Assembly: GCF_006345805.1 (NCBI RefSeq)
Contig: NC_042999.1
Location: 84,630,001-84,694,000 of the forward strand
From: Octopus sinensis
Lineage: Eukaryota
DNA: 64,000 nt
Direction: 5' to 3'
Part shown: in pieces, positions 26,862 through 41,857 of the stretch
Layout of the letters: every line of letters begins with the position of its first letter
Position numbering within the stretch: position 1 is the stretch's first letter
Notes under the pieces: model-generated
What the model was told of the DNA's origin: nothing
Databases searched by the model: none
Seen by the model: the letters and a program-made list of their open reading frames with translations, nothing else
Program-made: the position numbers and the translations under genes

Positions 26862-27650
26862 AATGCGGTTTTTTAATTGCATGAACTAAAAGTCAGGATG
26901 AACTACCTGCATTACCTTGTGCTTATTCTTAATACAAGTTCAATTATAACAGTTATTTTTATAAAGCTATAATGGAAATGACAAAGGAGTATATTCAGCA
27001 TATTTTGTTTTATGAGTTCAATAAAGGCAACAACGCAACGGAAAGTGCGAGGAATGTTAATGCAGCATATGGATGTCAGACAATAAGCGTAAGCCAGTAT
27101 CTGTAGAGCTCGACGAGGACTTTCTGCAAACCCTGGTAGAACAAAATCTCATCGTAACTGTTGAGGAACTAGCATAGAAACTTGTATATATTCATTCAAC
27201 CAGTCATTCAAGTCAGTGCTGGAAGAAAAACGACCATCTTTGTTTTCAAGATGAAAGGTGTTTTTCCATCATGATAATGCCCTGCCTCATACAGCGCGGA
27301 TGATATTCCAAAGGCTGGAGCAGTTTGAATGCGAAACGATGCCCCACCCACCATATTCACCGGGCATTGCCCCACCTGATTATCATTTATTCTTAAAAAA
27401 TCATTTAGATGGAAAAAATATGAATTCTCTAGACGATGTCATAACTGTACTGGAGGAGGTATTTTTCGTCACGGACAAGCGAAATTTGCAAGAGTAAAAG
27501 AAGTATAAAAAATTGCCTTATTCATGGAATGACCCAATATATATAAACAATAATTATAAAAATATAGAACATGGAGACATATTCCTCTTCAAATTTTATT
27601 TCCTCTTATTTTACTATTTCATACAGCATATTTTTGTGGTCTTTATGACC
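26862..27650 (+). mobile_element. Internally deleted mariner
   Basis: MTKEYIQHILFYEFNKGNNATESAR, then FFHHDNALPH...PHPPYSPGIAPPDYHLF. TIR-like aatgcggttttt at the left end. Confidence 0.9.
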
Positions 27651-28189
27651 TACACTCGTTTCCATTGTACAGGTTACGGGCAGCTGCAGATGCAACATGA
27701 CATGATATTCGGTGCAGCTTCTTCAGCGTCTATCCATTTGACTAGTTTTGAAGGGAACTGAATGCAGTTTGGTTTTGTTAGTTAGAAGTCGTGGGAGGTG
27801 GTGTTTTTCCAGCTGAAATCTGATTCAGTTTTGGGTTTGTGTTGTTGACCTCAAATTCCCATCATTTGCTGTCCGAAGTCAGTGTTCTGTCTAATTAGAG
27901 CATGGTTGATGTTTGTAATTTCGCAGGGCCCTTGTTTATTGTGGTCGTTGGATACGTTGTAGCTTTGATTTCATGTGCAGCGCTTGAAGTGTATGGTGAT
28001 TAGTTGTTCATATATTCCGTTTCTTGGATGTGCAGTTTATGTTTTGTGGTATACATTGGATAGAGTATATGCTAGGTTTGTTAAAGAGGGCCATGTATTT
28101 TGTGGGTTTAGGATAGAATATGTTCTATCCCTTCTTTTATACTCACTCTGGGTGGGGCATTGGTTACACAATACTTTCTTTAAAGTTTT

Positions 28190-28600
28190 TAAAAATCTTC
28201 TGCATGTGTAAGCATCTTAAAGCCTATTCATGTTTGGTATTAAATAACGTCTTTCTCTATGTAAATTTTTGGTATAATTCTTCTACACAAAGTCGCATCT
28301 ACTCCCCCTGCCCCATATGGTTTAGCTGTACTGGTTATTTTCCACTCTATAATATAGCAATGGTTCTTGTCTTTAATTCACCTCATTAGTTTGCTTAGTC
28401 TAGTATTACTCATCGTTTTACTATCCCTAAAAGAATTTAGGTGATTACCCAGGCTTCTCTTGCAATTAAGAGAGATTACCCATATATAGAAACACGTCAT
28501 TCCCTTAGAAATGATTCTTTTATCTATAGATCTGTTTTTTCGTCAAATAGTTTGTGTTTAATGGGCATGTTGCCTCCATGGCACGGTTGCAGAGACCTAA
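28190..28600 (-). mobile_element. Decayed PLE GIY-YIG endonuclease
   Basis: CNRAMEATCPLNTNYL...IYR...LYMG...NHLNSFR...TRLSKL...IEWKITSTAKPYGAG(S)RCD, with stops and frameshifts. Confidence 0.8.
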
Positions 28601-29397
28601 TTCTTTGTTTCTATTATTTATTGTGTTGTGACCTCCATTAGAAGCCTCTGCTGTCCTCGTTTCTATTGGTCTAGTATTATTTCTAAGCTCCCTATGCATA
28701 GGTGTTTGTGTGCTAGTATTTCTAATGGTTTATACTCCCTGTCCTTTGGAGGTTATGTTATATGTTAGAGTTGTTTCCTCTTGTTTAAGAACTGCTGGTT
28801 CTTAAATTATTACGCCCCATCTCATTCTAGTCTGTGTTATTTTCGTTTTAGTGTCCTGGTCCCTTCTGTTGTTAGATATCTCTACTCTTTTACCCGGATT
28901 CGGGTTATCAATATTTCCATTGATAAATTCATTATTTTTGCTTAGTGTACTATTTTCACCGGTCCTACGGAAGTGGGATACTGGGAATTTACAGAGTGAC
29001 TGACAAATAATAGTAATCATAGATGTTAAATACTGATCAATGCAGTTGGCCGCAACATGGAACACATCTGACAGCCACCACAGTATCAACTCGGATGATA
29101 TATATCCCTCCAAACTCATATATATATATAATGTTTATCGCCACATTACTTCTCACTATAGTAACTACTTTCATCTCTTACAGGAGATTTTCTGACTAGC
29201 TACATATGTGTGTGTATGTGTGTGTGCGCGTGTGATTGTTTGCGCACCCGTGCGTATGTGCGTACATGTGTGCATGTGTGTAAATGTGTATGTGTATGTA
29301 TAAGTGTATGTGTGTATATGTGTCTTTGTGTATGTGTTTGCATGTGAGTGTTTATGTGTGCATGTATGTATTTGTAGCTGCACGTGTATTGATATAT

Positions 29398-29455
<58 letters not shown>

Positions 29456-29963
29456 CGTATGTATCAAACATATACCTAAAGGAATGTAAGTGCTTAAATG
29501 CGTATATCGAGGCATAGTCAAGGTATATTCACGAAAGGTTACAGTTACGGTGCATATTCCGCCATGGCCTCTAGTTGAAACAAACATTGACAATGAAACT
29601 GACAAGTTGACAGAAACTGCAGAGAATCCTCTCTGCTAAACTACACACATATAGCAAACGGCCAGTTTTGTCAAAAACTGACTTCTGGCGAAGGATTTCG
29701 TTTCGTGTTTGTGTCATACTCAATCAATCATACTCTTAGACAACTAGTAAGTAGTTCAATTGTGTGATCATCTGGAATACTCTTCATTAAAATCAATGGA
29801 AAGTCTATTAAATTTTTCATTCATACATTATATTTTTATTACGATTATATAATGGCGTTTAATTCATTGAAATTGCTACATATACGTGTAAAGATAAATG
29901 GATAGACGGTTGAATAGATAGATGGATAGAGGAAAAGATGTACGTAAGTAAAAATAAAAATAA

Positions 29964-30183
29964 ATGCGCCCTTTTTTAAAGCCCAGCCAGGCTCATGGGC
30001 CCGGTTACTCGGTTTCTATGGCGTATGTGTTCCCCAGCTGGATGGGACACCAGTCCATCGTGGCGGTACTCATTTTTGCCAGCAACGTGAAATGAAGTGT
30101 TTTGCTCAAGAGCGCAACACGTCGCCAGTCCAGGAATCGAAACCACATTCTTACACCCTAACCACTAAGCCACGCGCCTCCAC
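29964..30183 (-). mobile_element. tRNA-type SINE family C
   Basis: Minus strand gtggaggcgcgtggcttagtggttaggg (A box), ggtttcgattcc (B box), central ttgagcaaaacacttcatttcacgttgc. Confidence 0.85.
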
Positions 30184-31751
30184 GTGTGTAAGTAAGTTTA
30201 TGTACATATGTAAGTCTGTTGCTGTTCTGTTGTGTTTATTTTCCTCATCGCATGCATAAAAATCAATATGGTGTGTCTGTTGATGTATTTTATATACTTT
30301 AATGAAACTTTGTATCAACATCCTAATTGACAGTTTTGAAAGTTGCTGATATTTAATTAATGAGTTTTAAGAAGACCTACCCCGTGAGATTTATGTAATT
30401 ATAAACTTTGACATTGAGTTTAAGGAAAAATTTAGTATGAAATTTACAAATGAAGCACGATTTAAGAAAAGCTAATATTGAAGGAAAGTTTGTGTAAGGA
30501 AAACTTAGTTTAATGAAATAACAATTATGAAATGAAGCAATTATTTAATTAGTTTATGGGAATATAACATTAAACATTAATGAAGTAAAGCAGAACACTT
30601 AACTATATATTCAGGAAAGGAAATTTCAAATTCTCGCCACTAAGATTTTTAAATAGTATTGCGTTATTTTCCGTAAGATATTCCTTAAGACGATAAATAT
30701 GAGTTTGCTTTGTTATATTTTATGCTTTTTATTATTACTTCTTCAGAAGCTATTTCAAGTCTATTAATCCTCTTTAAAGGTCTTTTATAGTAAGATGTGT
30801 CAGGACTAAAAAAAACAACTCTTCTAAGATGATGTGGACGTATTCTGATCTTTATTTGAATTCTTACTAAAATTTCCTTGTCTATCTACGGTCTATATAC
30901 AACTAAGAAAACTTATCTTTCACTTAAATTCCTTGATAATAAATATATTACCAATAAGCTGTATCGATGATATATAAAAAGAGCAAAATGCGTGTGTACA
31001 AATTATGGATAAAATATATAATACTTAACAATGTATAATATATAATGCTTAACATTAATTATATTATAAGTCTGTGTTTGTGAATTATGTAACTTTATAT
31101 TAGAACATTCAGTTTTTGATAATGAAGATTACAGTGGGAAAAATCCTTTCTTCAGATGCCAAAATCATAATACAAATCAACCGGATTCGAACTTTCATTC
31201 CAATTTTACTATAAACAATGAATTATTCTTTTTATCCCCAACTTCAAAGGAGAAGGTATTTGAAGTCAGTATGAGATATATAACTGTTATTCCGTATGAA
31301 TAATACAAGAAAACCTATAACCGCTGTGTTGTGCTGTGCTGTGCTGCCGTGCTAATAAGCTAATGCACTATGGAATATCACTGACCAGTGAAACATTGTC
31401 TTTTTTTATATTCTGCTAGTATATATTACCAGTAAATTACGACATAACGAAATACAATGAAATACAAGAAGGCTGCCAAAATTAGTAAAATTCTTATTCT
31501 TGCTGAGTTTTACTTTCAGTTTCTCATAAAGAGTAAGGAGTTGAATTTTAGTTACATTGTAAGTGAACAATGATCAACCCATCACAACACAATCAAGACC
31601 TAGTTGGTGTGTGAACCTGTCTTTTCAAGTGAAGTGTTAATATTCAAGGGGTTCTAGCATCTGATATGATGGTCTGATAGGAACATATTTAAGGTCAGTT
31701 GATTCTAACTGTTATATTTCGTGCAAATTTATAGTTATTCTTTTAGTCATT

Positions 31752-31912
31752 TACTTCTTTCAGTTATTTGACTGCGGCCATGATGGAGCACCGCCTTTAA
31801 TCGAGCAAATCAAATTATTTTTTGTAAGCCTACTACTTATTCTATCGGTGTCATTTGCCGAACCACTAGTATTACGGGGACGTAAACGCACTAGCATCAG
31901 TTGTCGAGCGAT
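31752..31912 (-). mobile_element. SINE family A 3' half
   Basis: gactgcggccatgatggagcaccgcc...acggggacgtaaac. Confidence 0.8.
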
Positions 31913-31919
31913 ATATATA

Positions 31920-32090
31920 GGCGCAGGAGTGGCTGTGTGGTAAGTAGCTTGCTTACCAACCACATGGTTCCGGGTTCAGTTCCACTGCGTGGCACGTCGG
32001 GCAGGTGTTTTCTACTATATCCTCGGGCCAACCAAAGCCTTCTGAGTGGATTTTGTCGACGGAAACTGAAAGAAGCCTGTCATATATATG

Positions 32091-32137
<47 letters not shown>

Positions 32138-32330
32138 GTGTCTGTTCCCCCCAGCTTCGCTTCACAACCGATGCTGGGGTGTTCGTGTCCCCGTAACTTA
32201 GCGGTTCGGCAAAAGAGACCGATAGAATAAGTACTAGGCTTGCAAAGACTAAGTCCTAGAGTCGATTTCCTCGACTAAAGGCGGTGATCCAGCATGACCG
32301 CAGTCAAATGACTAAAACAAGTAAAAGAGT
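31920..32330 (+). mobile_element. Full-length SINE family A
   Basis: A-box-like tggctgtgtgg, B-box-like ggttcagttcc, internal (TA)(TG) tract, tail acaagtaaaagagt. Confidence 0.9.
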
Positions 32331-32699
32331 ATATAAATTCTGTAATTTTAAGCATAATTATAATTAGGGTTCAGTAAATTGCTTCACCACATACCGAAAT
32401 TTAGAAATAACAGTTAAATACTACTCCTCTACTATAAGATATCTCCCAGACAGCAATAATCTTAATTCACGTAGGTAAAGAGAAAAAATAACGAATAACA
32501 ATTTCAGTTGTAAATTTGATAGTACTAATAATTAAATACGTATTCGACCAAGCGACATCGAATAGCTAATATCCAAAAACCAACACTTCTGAATTTATAC
32601 AGACGAGTGACAACTCGCATTCTTCTCCAATCACCACGTGTGTAATTAATTAATTAATTAATTAATTTTACCCTTTATTATTATTGAAGGCATATATAT

Positions 32700-33060
32700 A
32701 CGATGGGCTTCTTTCAGATTCCGTCTACCACGCTCAAGGCTTTGGTCCACTCACAAGGCTTTGGTCGGCTTGAGGCTATTGTAGAAGATACTTCCCCAAG
32801 GTGCCACGCAGTGGAACTGAACCCAAAACCATGTAGTCGGAAAGCAAGCTACTTACAACACAGCCACTCCTGTGCCTATAGTTATGTTAAGCGATGTTGG
32901 GAGACAAACAAGACATACAAACACACACACACACACACACACATACATACATATATATATATACGACGGGCTTTGGTCAACCCGAGGCAATAGTAGAAGA
33001 CACTTGCCCAAGGTGGTTGGTAAGCAAGCTACTTACCACACAGCCACTCCTACGCCTATG
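32700..33060 (-). mobile_element. Two tandem partial SINE family A copies
   Basis: Two heads cacagccactcct...cctat at about 32860 and 33040. Confidence 0.85.
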
Positions 33061-33294
33061 TTTGAAAAAGTCTAACATTTTTAGTTACGTCTTAATGATA
33101 ACAGCGTTAACATGTTTTCGAATTATTGCAAAATGTTTTGAAACAGAAATTTATTAAATATGATAGAAGATAATGATTAATTATGTTAAGTACAATTTAA
33201 ATGTTAACTAAATCAGAACGTTGATTGGTATCTTTGAAAGTCTTGCAGCGTTAGAGCTGACTAGTCCTGACAGTAACTGACAGAAACAATTGAT

Positions 33295-33352
33295 GGTTAT
33301 GATGATGGTGTTGTAGATGGTAATGATGACGATGATGATGGCGATGATGATG

Positions 33353-33418
<66 letters not shown>
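33295..33418. repeat. (GAT)n microsatellite
   Basis: Direct reading. Confidence 0.95.
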
Positions 33419-33451
33419 AGTCGTTTGAGTACTAATATTTCTCCACGGAAA

Positions 33452-33660
33452 GGTGGCGAACTAGCAGAATTGTTAACGTGCCGTACAAAATGATTGCGGC
33501 ATTTCGTCCGTCTTTACGCTCTGAGTTCATATTCTCTCGAGGCCGACTTGACCTTTCATCGTTTGGAGTCGATAAAAATAGGCACCAGTTGATGTAATCG
33601 ACTTAAACCATGCCTCGAAATTGCTACCCTTGTGACAAACTTCGAAACCAATATTTCTCC
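33452..33660 (+). mobile_element. SINE family B copy
   Basis: ggtggcgaactagcagaa...ctgagttcat...cctttcatc...gtcgataaaa...cgaaaccaat. Confidence 0.75.
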
Positions 33661-35149
33661 ACGAAACTACAAGCACGTTACTCTCTGTCCATTTATATTC
33701 TACTTTACCCTTGTTAAACATTGTCCAGTTGACTAAATCTGTTATTTAGCTCTTCGTTTCAATTTTAAAGTGTTGAATGCTGAGACACGCCACTATCACA
33801 GCCATACGTCAGATAAATTTGATATAATGTTAAGAAACTCGAATGGAAAAGACTTATAGTCGTAAAGACAATGACTGCATTAAAGGTGATATGCTGTCAG
33901 CATTATTTAACGTGTCGTTTCACTTAGGTAATTATTGCAAGTAATTTAATTTGTTTTCTAATACCCATATGAAGTGGGTTAGTAATACAGTGTGATCCCA
34001 ATTTCATATTTTGATATCAAACCATATTAGTAACAAAGTTTAATACGACTACCTAGGGTTTTTTTTTTTGTGTGCATTTAGTCTATTCGGATCGTTCACG
34101 GAGTCTCTGTTAATGGTCTGATTTTCTATCCTTTTTTTATCTGATTAGGGATAAACAAATAATGATCTACATGACAACGGGGACAGTTTCAATGCATCAC
34201 ACAATCTGCTCGTAATACTAACCAAATCTCTTTAAGATCCCAAACCGGCCTGCACAGAGGAAAAAATGGGATGTTCATGAGTAGAATTTTTTCAGTTGTA
34301 GGACTAATTGATAAGAGAAGTCATGGAAGTAAACAATAACAGCAAGAAAATATTATTTATAAATATGTCAGTATTTTATTCAATGAAACCATCTTGCACA
34401 GATACACGCACAATGTTCATACAAATATTATTGTGAGTAATGTCGAGAAAGACTGGTAATCAAACTATTAGCTAATTTAGCCAGAATCATTCAATCGACA
34501 GACACTCTTGTTTATGTAGATTACTTTTGAAAGACATCCTCAATTGTAAACGCAATATGATGAAGCGTATATCAGATTTTGCAGCATTATTTTGTCTTTC
34601 CAACACATAGCGCTGAAATTTCTATCTCAGGATAAGAAGAGCAATCTTACGGCTATTGTTTTCTGTGGTAATCAAGGAGATTACGCCAACTTATCAGTTA
34701 GTCGGTAGTAAGTTGTATCAAATTTGCAATTATATTGCTGCGTAATTCACAATAAAGTGCGTTTGGTGAAAACACTGTGCAGTACTGATAACAAGACGCA
34801 TAGAGTTAATTCTTTGGCTTCTAAGCCGAAATTTAAATGACACAGCTAACTGTACCTCTCATCTATTAAATCGAAACGTATTAATCCTCTAAGATCCAGC
34901 TATTATAAATTAATCATTACATTTAACTGATTTATTTGTTAGGGAAAGAGTGTGCAACAACTGAAAAGTTGCCAATTAGTTAATGAGCTGTTCTAATACG
35001 CTGGACATAGTGAAACATAGATTGATACTATTACACACAGGAGTTCAATGATTGTATAATTACAATGCGCACACACGCCTGAAGATACATATATAAAAAT
35101 ACACACACATACACATATGTATGTGTGTGTATATATATATATATATATA

Positions 35150-35202
<53 letters not shown>

Positions 35203-36208
35203 CACACATAGATGTTAACATACACATGCACACACGCATTTATACATGTGTGCGTGTGTGTGCCTGTGTGTGTGCATATAACTGCGCTGGAAATCGACGA
35301 AACCACTCACCATGCAAACAGATAGCAACATAGCCTTTCAATTCTTACCTTTTCTAAAATATACAGGCTTAAATATTATTGAATAGGAATACAAATTCCC
35401 GCCTCAGTTAGCCGTTTATTTTCATCTACAAACATCCTGTTACGAACCCTGAGACACGACAACAGCCATTTTTTTTTACCTTCTGATAACCTTGATTTAA
35501 CCCGTCTAAACATCAGCATACAAAGCTATTTCCACCGTTGACCGAACTCTAAACAATAAGATAATTCCCGCTTTAAGCAAAACATCTTCCAATAGTATCT
35601 TTCTGTCAACACACTCTCTACAAACCTAGTTTTTCCCTAGCCTCTTTTATTCTCTCCATATACATCTGCTTCCCATGTGTACACACACCAATCCTAATTA
35701 TCATATAACATAGCTCTATCTATCTCAGAAAAAAAAAAACAGAAACTAGATAAAGCTAGAAGGAAACCAAATTCAATACAGATGAAGGCCTGCAAGGTAA
35801 GCCCGTAAATCCACAGGACTTCTTGGCGTAGAGACGTTCCTACCATTATCCTCTACTCCCGTAACTTCGCCCGCCTTCACCTTCAATACTGTTAGCGCTG
35901 TGGTCTCCCAACGTGAAACAAAATATAAAAATTGAAGCACCTCCAAAATCAACCACAAAAATAAAGATTATTGGGATTGGCTCAAGAAGCTCAGAATACA
36001 TTCCCATCCAACGCGCCGTGAGAGCTGTAACATTTGTATGATGTGAAAACTATTCCAACAGCATTATCTAAATGATACAGGTATCAACTTTAAAAATCAT
36101 CCAAGCCTTGCTCCACGCGTCATTTGTCCTATACTAAAATCATGCCCACGTCACACCACAACAGAAAGACAGAACCATTTCACCTCAACTGGTTCTGCTC
36201 TCTTTAAC

Positions 36209-37035
36209 ATCAAATCAAATCAAATCAAATTTATTGGCAGTAGAACACAATGTACTTAAGCTATGTAAAAAAAAATAAAACAGCTATTGTTATATACAGT
36301 TTTATACATATTCACCACAGTTGTCTAGGGCCTCTTTGAACTGGGGAACGGTGGGCAGTTGAATGATATCTTGTGGTAGCTTGTTCCACGGGGCTGCGAT
36401 GCGGACGGAGAATGCGGCCTTCTGCCTTTTGTGTCGAAAGTGTTGGTAATAAAGTTTGCAATCATGCCCACGAAGACTCCTGTCTGGAGCAGCAGTGGAA
36501 AACTCCGCAAATGGTAGGTTTACATTCCTGTTGAAGATCTTGAAAGCCAGGATGGGATCTCCCCGCATCCTCATTCGTTCGAGTGAAGGTATTACCAGCC
36601 GTTGGAGATGTTCCTCATACGTAAGCTTAGACAAACCGCAACCATTCGGTTGGCTAAGCGCTAAACCCGTTCCAGGTGCTGAATGTCTTTCTGGAGATAT
36701 GGATTTGACGCCTGGATGCAATATTCGAGGATGGGTCGAACTAGGGTGACATAAAAAGGCCGAAAGACGTCCATTGAAAGGTTGACAAATGACCGGCGGA
36801 GAGGAAAAGATTCCTTCTGGCTTTGTTCGCCGCCTAGATACACTACTATGTTGGTTTGAAAGTGGTAGCGATCATTATGCCGAGATCCTTTCCTGCAGTA
36901 ACCATCTTAAGATGTTGCTGTTTGAGGCCATAGTCAAGAGGGAGTTTGGAAGTGAACCTATTGGCAAATGGCTGCATTTTCAGGCGTTCAAGGGCAGACC
37001 CCATTCTTCCGCGCAAGACATGGAAGAGGAGATCA
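36209..37035 (-). mobile_element. 5'-truncated CR1/L2-type LINE 3' end with (TTTGA)n tail
   Basis: EEWGLPLNA*KCSHLPIG, KDLGI, YVTLVRPILEYC, LTYEEHLQRL...SLERMRMRGD...RGHDCKL...PWNKLP; aataaa followed by (tttga)4. Confidence 0.9.
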
Positions 37036-37479
37036 CATAAGATTCAAACATTTCCACCATGAATATCCCTAAGAAATTCCAAACAAAGCAACAACACTCG
37101 GATGTATTTCTGCAAACAATAAATCTTTATTCAGACAGGCTATGGTGTAAAAATGATTGTAGTATGAAACATCATTAAAAGTCCTTTCCAGGTTGTGCTA
37201 TGAAATCAGTCATGGTCTGGACCAATTCTGGCCGAGAAATGAGTGAGTGGACATACGAAAGAAAAGGAGTAATCTACGTATTTATTAAAAGTGGCATATA
37301 TTATTATTTAAAGCAATTTGATTTAGCTCCATGCAACGCGTGCGTGTGTGTGTGTGTGACATACATTTATATATATGTATGTGTGTGTGTGTGTGTTTGT
37401 GAGTGTTTGTAGAGATAGATAGATAGATATATAGATACATACATACATACATACATACATACATACACACCACCGATAC

Positions 37480-38040
37480 ATATCATCCACATCATAACCA
37501 GTTGTCCGAAAATGTCATCACGGATTCATCTACCGATGAGACATGACAATGCTTCTAGAACGCTCTATAATGAAATCTGTCGGAAGGATACTCCCGAGGA
37601 CAATGAAATAAGAACCCACAATATAGTAGAAGTCATAGTCACTCGTAATAAAAAGGAATACGGGTGGAATGTACCAGTGCTTCAATAAAATGTAATCACA
37701 ACAGACCTAATATAATGATGTGGGATAGAGAAGAGAAACTGTACACAGTTGTGGAAATTAGCTGCCCAGCAGATGCTAACATGAAGTTGAAGATCAGTGA
37801 AAAGGAGAACATCTATGCTGAACTATTGAGAAATCTGCAGTTACTCTATTCAGATTACAAGTTCGTGTTTATACCTGCAATTATTGGAGCTCTGGGATAT
37901 GTAACACACTGCCTAAATACCAATCTTGAGAAATTGAGGTTTTCAGGACCAGAAAGGAGAAATCTAATTCGAAGATTACGGACCCAATCCATCACTGGAA
38001 CTGTAAAGGTCTGTAAAATTTCCCATAAGTTTATCATGTG
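37480..38040 (+). mobile_element. RLE-class non-LTR retrotransposon 3' fragment
   Basis: HIITSCPKMS...RHD, NRPNIMMWD...VEISCPAD...EKENIY...PAIIGALG. Confidence 0.85.
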
Positions 38041-38510
38041 GATATATATGAGCATGTGTAAATATGCAACTATATGCATGAGAACACATACATAAAACAT
38101 GCAAATTTGCACATACATATATGCATACATACATACATACATACATACATACATACATACATACATACAAACAAACAAATCTACCTTGTTGTTGATGTTG
38201 AAATTCCAATTAAGGAGCTTTGGATCAAGGTTAGAGACCGGTTCTTTAATACCAAGAAATCTTGAAATATACTGAATAATGTCATACATACATAGTAGAG
38301 TTATAGAAAGCGAAAGAAAACGAACGAGAGCGAAAGGAATCGGTTCTGAAGTAGGAAGAGAAAATGAGAGAGTGAGAGAGGGATGAGGAAAAGAGGGAGA
38401 GCGATGGAGAGGGGATAGATATCGATGAATGGCTGGCTAGTCCAATCGGGGGATATATGGATAGACATAGAGATAGATGTAGATATATAAATAGAAAGAT
38501 GGATAGATAT

Positions 38511-38700
<190 letters not shown>

Positions 38701-40495
38701 GGACGGACGGACGGATGGACGGACAGACGGGATGATATATTTTCCGAATGAATACTAATCTTTAGAGAAGAATTGAATTTATTATGTCTGGTTAGAATGA
38801 AACGCATACGGGAATGTCAATAGAAAACCAAACGTGAACAGCGACTTTTATTGACCCTCTTTTATGGCTGAAACACTTTTCACTCAAATGTTTCACGTTT
38901 TGTAGTTGTATGTCAATAGGCACGTATCTGTTTTGCCTTCCAATGAACTACAAACATGTCTGCAAATAACTATTATGAAATCATTTCTACTAGCTTTATA
39001 TATATATATATATATATTCAAATGAATAAAAGGAGAAGCGATGGACTTTTGTTTTCTGACATAAATCTAGAAGTTCTGAACAACGGATTTTGAAAAAGAC
39101 TAAAGAAGAAATGGTGTACCACCGATGTTTGAAAGGATAAAACTGCTTCAGAAAACAAAATATGGCATTCAAGTAACAAAACAACCCCCATACTTAGCTT
39201 TTCGGCTTGTTCTATCGCTTTCAACAGCAGTAAAAACTTCGAAATTCAAGGTCAATGATAATTACTGATATTCAGTAGCAAAATTCGACCGGTGCTGCCG
39301 AGGGCCCATAAGGCAAGAATATAGTTTTTACTGCATCTATTTCTGTAATTTTCTTCTACTCAGTAAGAACAATCTTGCCAGTCAGTTCGATTTTAGCCAA
39401 AACATTTTTCCCGTATATAGTGGAATCACTTTATTCTTGTGAAATTTTCTTTTTCTCAAATTTGACTTTGGAATCAGAGGAGAGACAAAATAATATGTAA
39501 TGTTGTTTGTAGCCATGGTGTTATGATGGCAAAAAGCTATTTGTAGAAGTCTTTTTAGTACTATGATCATTGGTCAATGATTCAATGAATGATTCTCTTT
39601 CAACTAATATCATAACCTGGGTAATATTTTGAAGAGGCTCCGTCTATAATGGACTCAGTTTCCTGTAATATATCATACGAAAAGGAAATCTTTACTGTTT
39701 CCCCAACAACGTCATCTATCAATAGACAACGCATCCAAAGTGTCTGGTATTGATATCCGTTAAGTAAAATGTATGTCACGTAATTTTTTGTTTTAAATAG
39801 ATTTATTAAAGAGCTCTTCACTGCAAAATAGACGAATTAGATGCCTTGAATTAATTGCTTGGAATAAATTGAACTGATAAACATTTCTTTCAGTATATTT
39901 CAGATAACGTAAAGATTTTCAATGACAATATGACAAAACACTATCGAAGATCTACCAAAAATATTAGCGGAAGAAATATAGAACATAGTGACTTAAAAAA
40001 GCCACCAAAGATAGTGAAAAGGAAAATATACGTTAATGAAACCTTTAATCTTCGTTAAGAAATCGTCTATATGCAATTATTTCTCACAGAATACCAATCA
40101 CAGTTAATGTAATACAGGCAGCAGATGATTTGACCGGGATCTTATTGAGTGAGTTAGTAGCAACTTCCAGAATAACTATTAAAACATAAATAAGGTTTCA
40201 CGTCGAAAAACGTTTCTTCTTTAGTGTCTATTGACATTTTCATCACGAAAAAATCCTCTAACAGGTTTCTTCTATTCATCTGTCTAACCATCATCCACTT
40301 AAGATTATTGATTGCAAAATATAAAACGTACATTTATATCAGCATCTACCTCCATGCCATCAGAAGACTTACACAGCAGTCGTTTATGTACACGCAACTG
40401 TATACATATAAATATATTATGATTTTTCTGTCTACGGATGCGTGGGTACTTGTATATTCTACTTCCTTGCAGTGTATATCTATGCATACATACAT

Positions 40496-40551
<56 letters not shown>

Positions 40552-40640
40552 TGTGTGTGTGTGTGTGGTGTGTGTGTGTGTGTGTGTATGTGTGTGTGTG
40601 TTTACGTATATGTATGTATATAGGTATATCCTATGCATGC

Positions 40641-40722
<82 letters not shown>

Positions 40723-41074
40723 ACGAACATTTACATTCACAAATACGTACACGCATACATGTGTATTTGTGTATTTGTGTATTTGCTAAACATCTTTTCA
40801 GAGATGCAATATTATGCCTAAGGTGAATACAACCTGAGATCACGACCTGCAAACCGGAATTAACATTCCTTATCAAATGTTTCATGATCTCTTTCAAAAC
40901 GATATAATGGTTATTTAAATATATTGGTTATCTCCCCGATTTCAGTGTATAACATCTATCATTTTCGTCATCTCAGTAAGAATGATATTTCTATTTGGTA
41001 AAAACTCTACAAATACATTCTGGGGAGTAATAGTTGACTGAATGAATTATAATATACATACGTATATACATATA

Positions 41075-41105
<31 letters not shown>

Positions 41106-41257
41106 ATGTATGTTTAGATAGATAGAGAGATAGAAATTGGTATATGTATATATATATATATATATTTATGTATATATATATATGTGTGTATATATATATA
41201 TACGTGTGTGTGTATATGTATATATATATGTATATATATGTGTATATATATATATTA

Positions 41258-41296
<39 letters not shown>

Positions 41297-41857
41297 TATA
41301 TATGTATATATATGTGTATATATATATATGTGTGTATATGTATATATATATATGTATATATATATATATAATATATATATATATATTATATATATATATG
41401 TATGCGTGTGTGTGCGTGTGTCTGTGTGCGCGGGCACGTATGTGCATGTGTACGGGCGCGTCTGTGCATATAATTACGCATAGACATACATGCACAAAGG
41501 TGCGCACACACACTTACATACACATATATATTATATAAATATCCATACATACGTATACATATATGAGAATTCGCCGCTGGTTCTGGTACTTAAATAATCA
41601 CCACTACTATCGATTCTAGTTGAAAATTCTTTTGATATTTTAGAGTGGTGTAATCAATGAAATCTACCTACTTACATGTTTACACTTTTAGAATTATCAA
41701 GGAGACTGTTAGGTAGTGTCGTCCACAACGTACCTTGTCTGGATATACAATGTAACCTTTCAATAAATGTCTCATACCGAGTTTTTTTCTGTATTTGGGG
41801 TTACATACATTTTAATTATAGGGGTGAAGATGCAGTATGACCAAATGGTTAAGATAA

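Noticed and set aside
27690-27735. Minus-strand CUGAAGAAG...CGAAUA downstream of the GIY-YIG fragment
   Set aside because: The position fits a PLE terminus, but stems I and II do not form.
39382-39821. Two adjacent minus-strand ORFs after a ttttgcag acceptor
   Set aside because: Separated by stops, with no recognisable homology or donor site.
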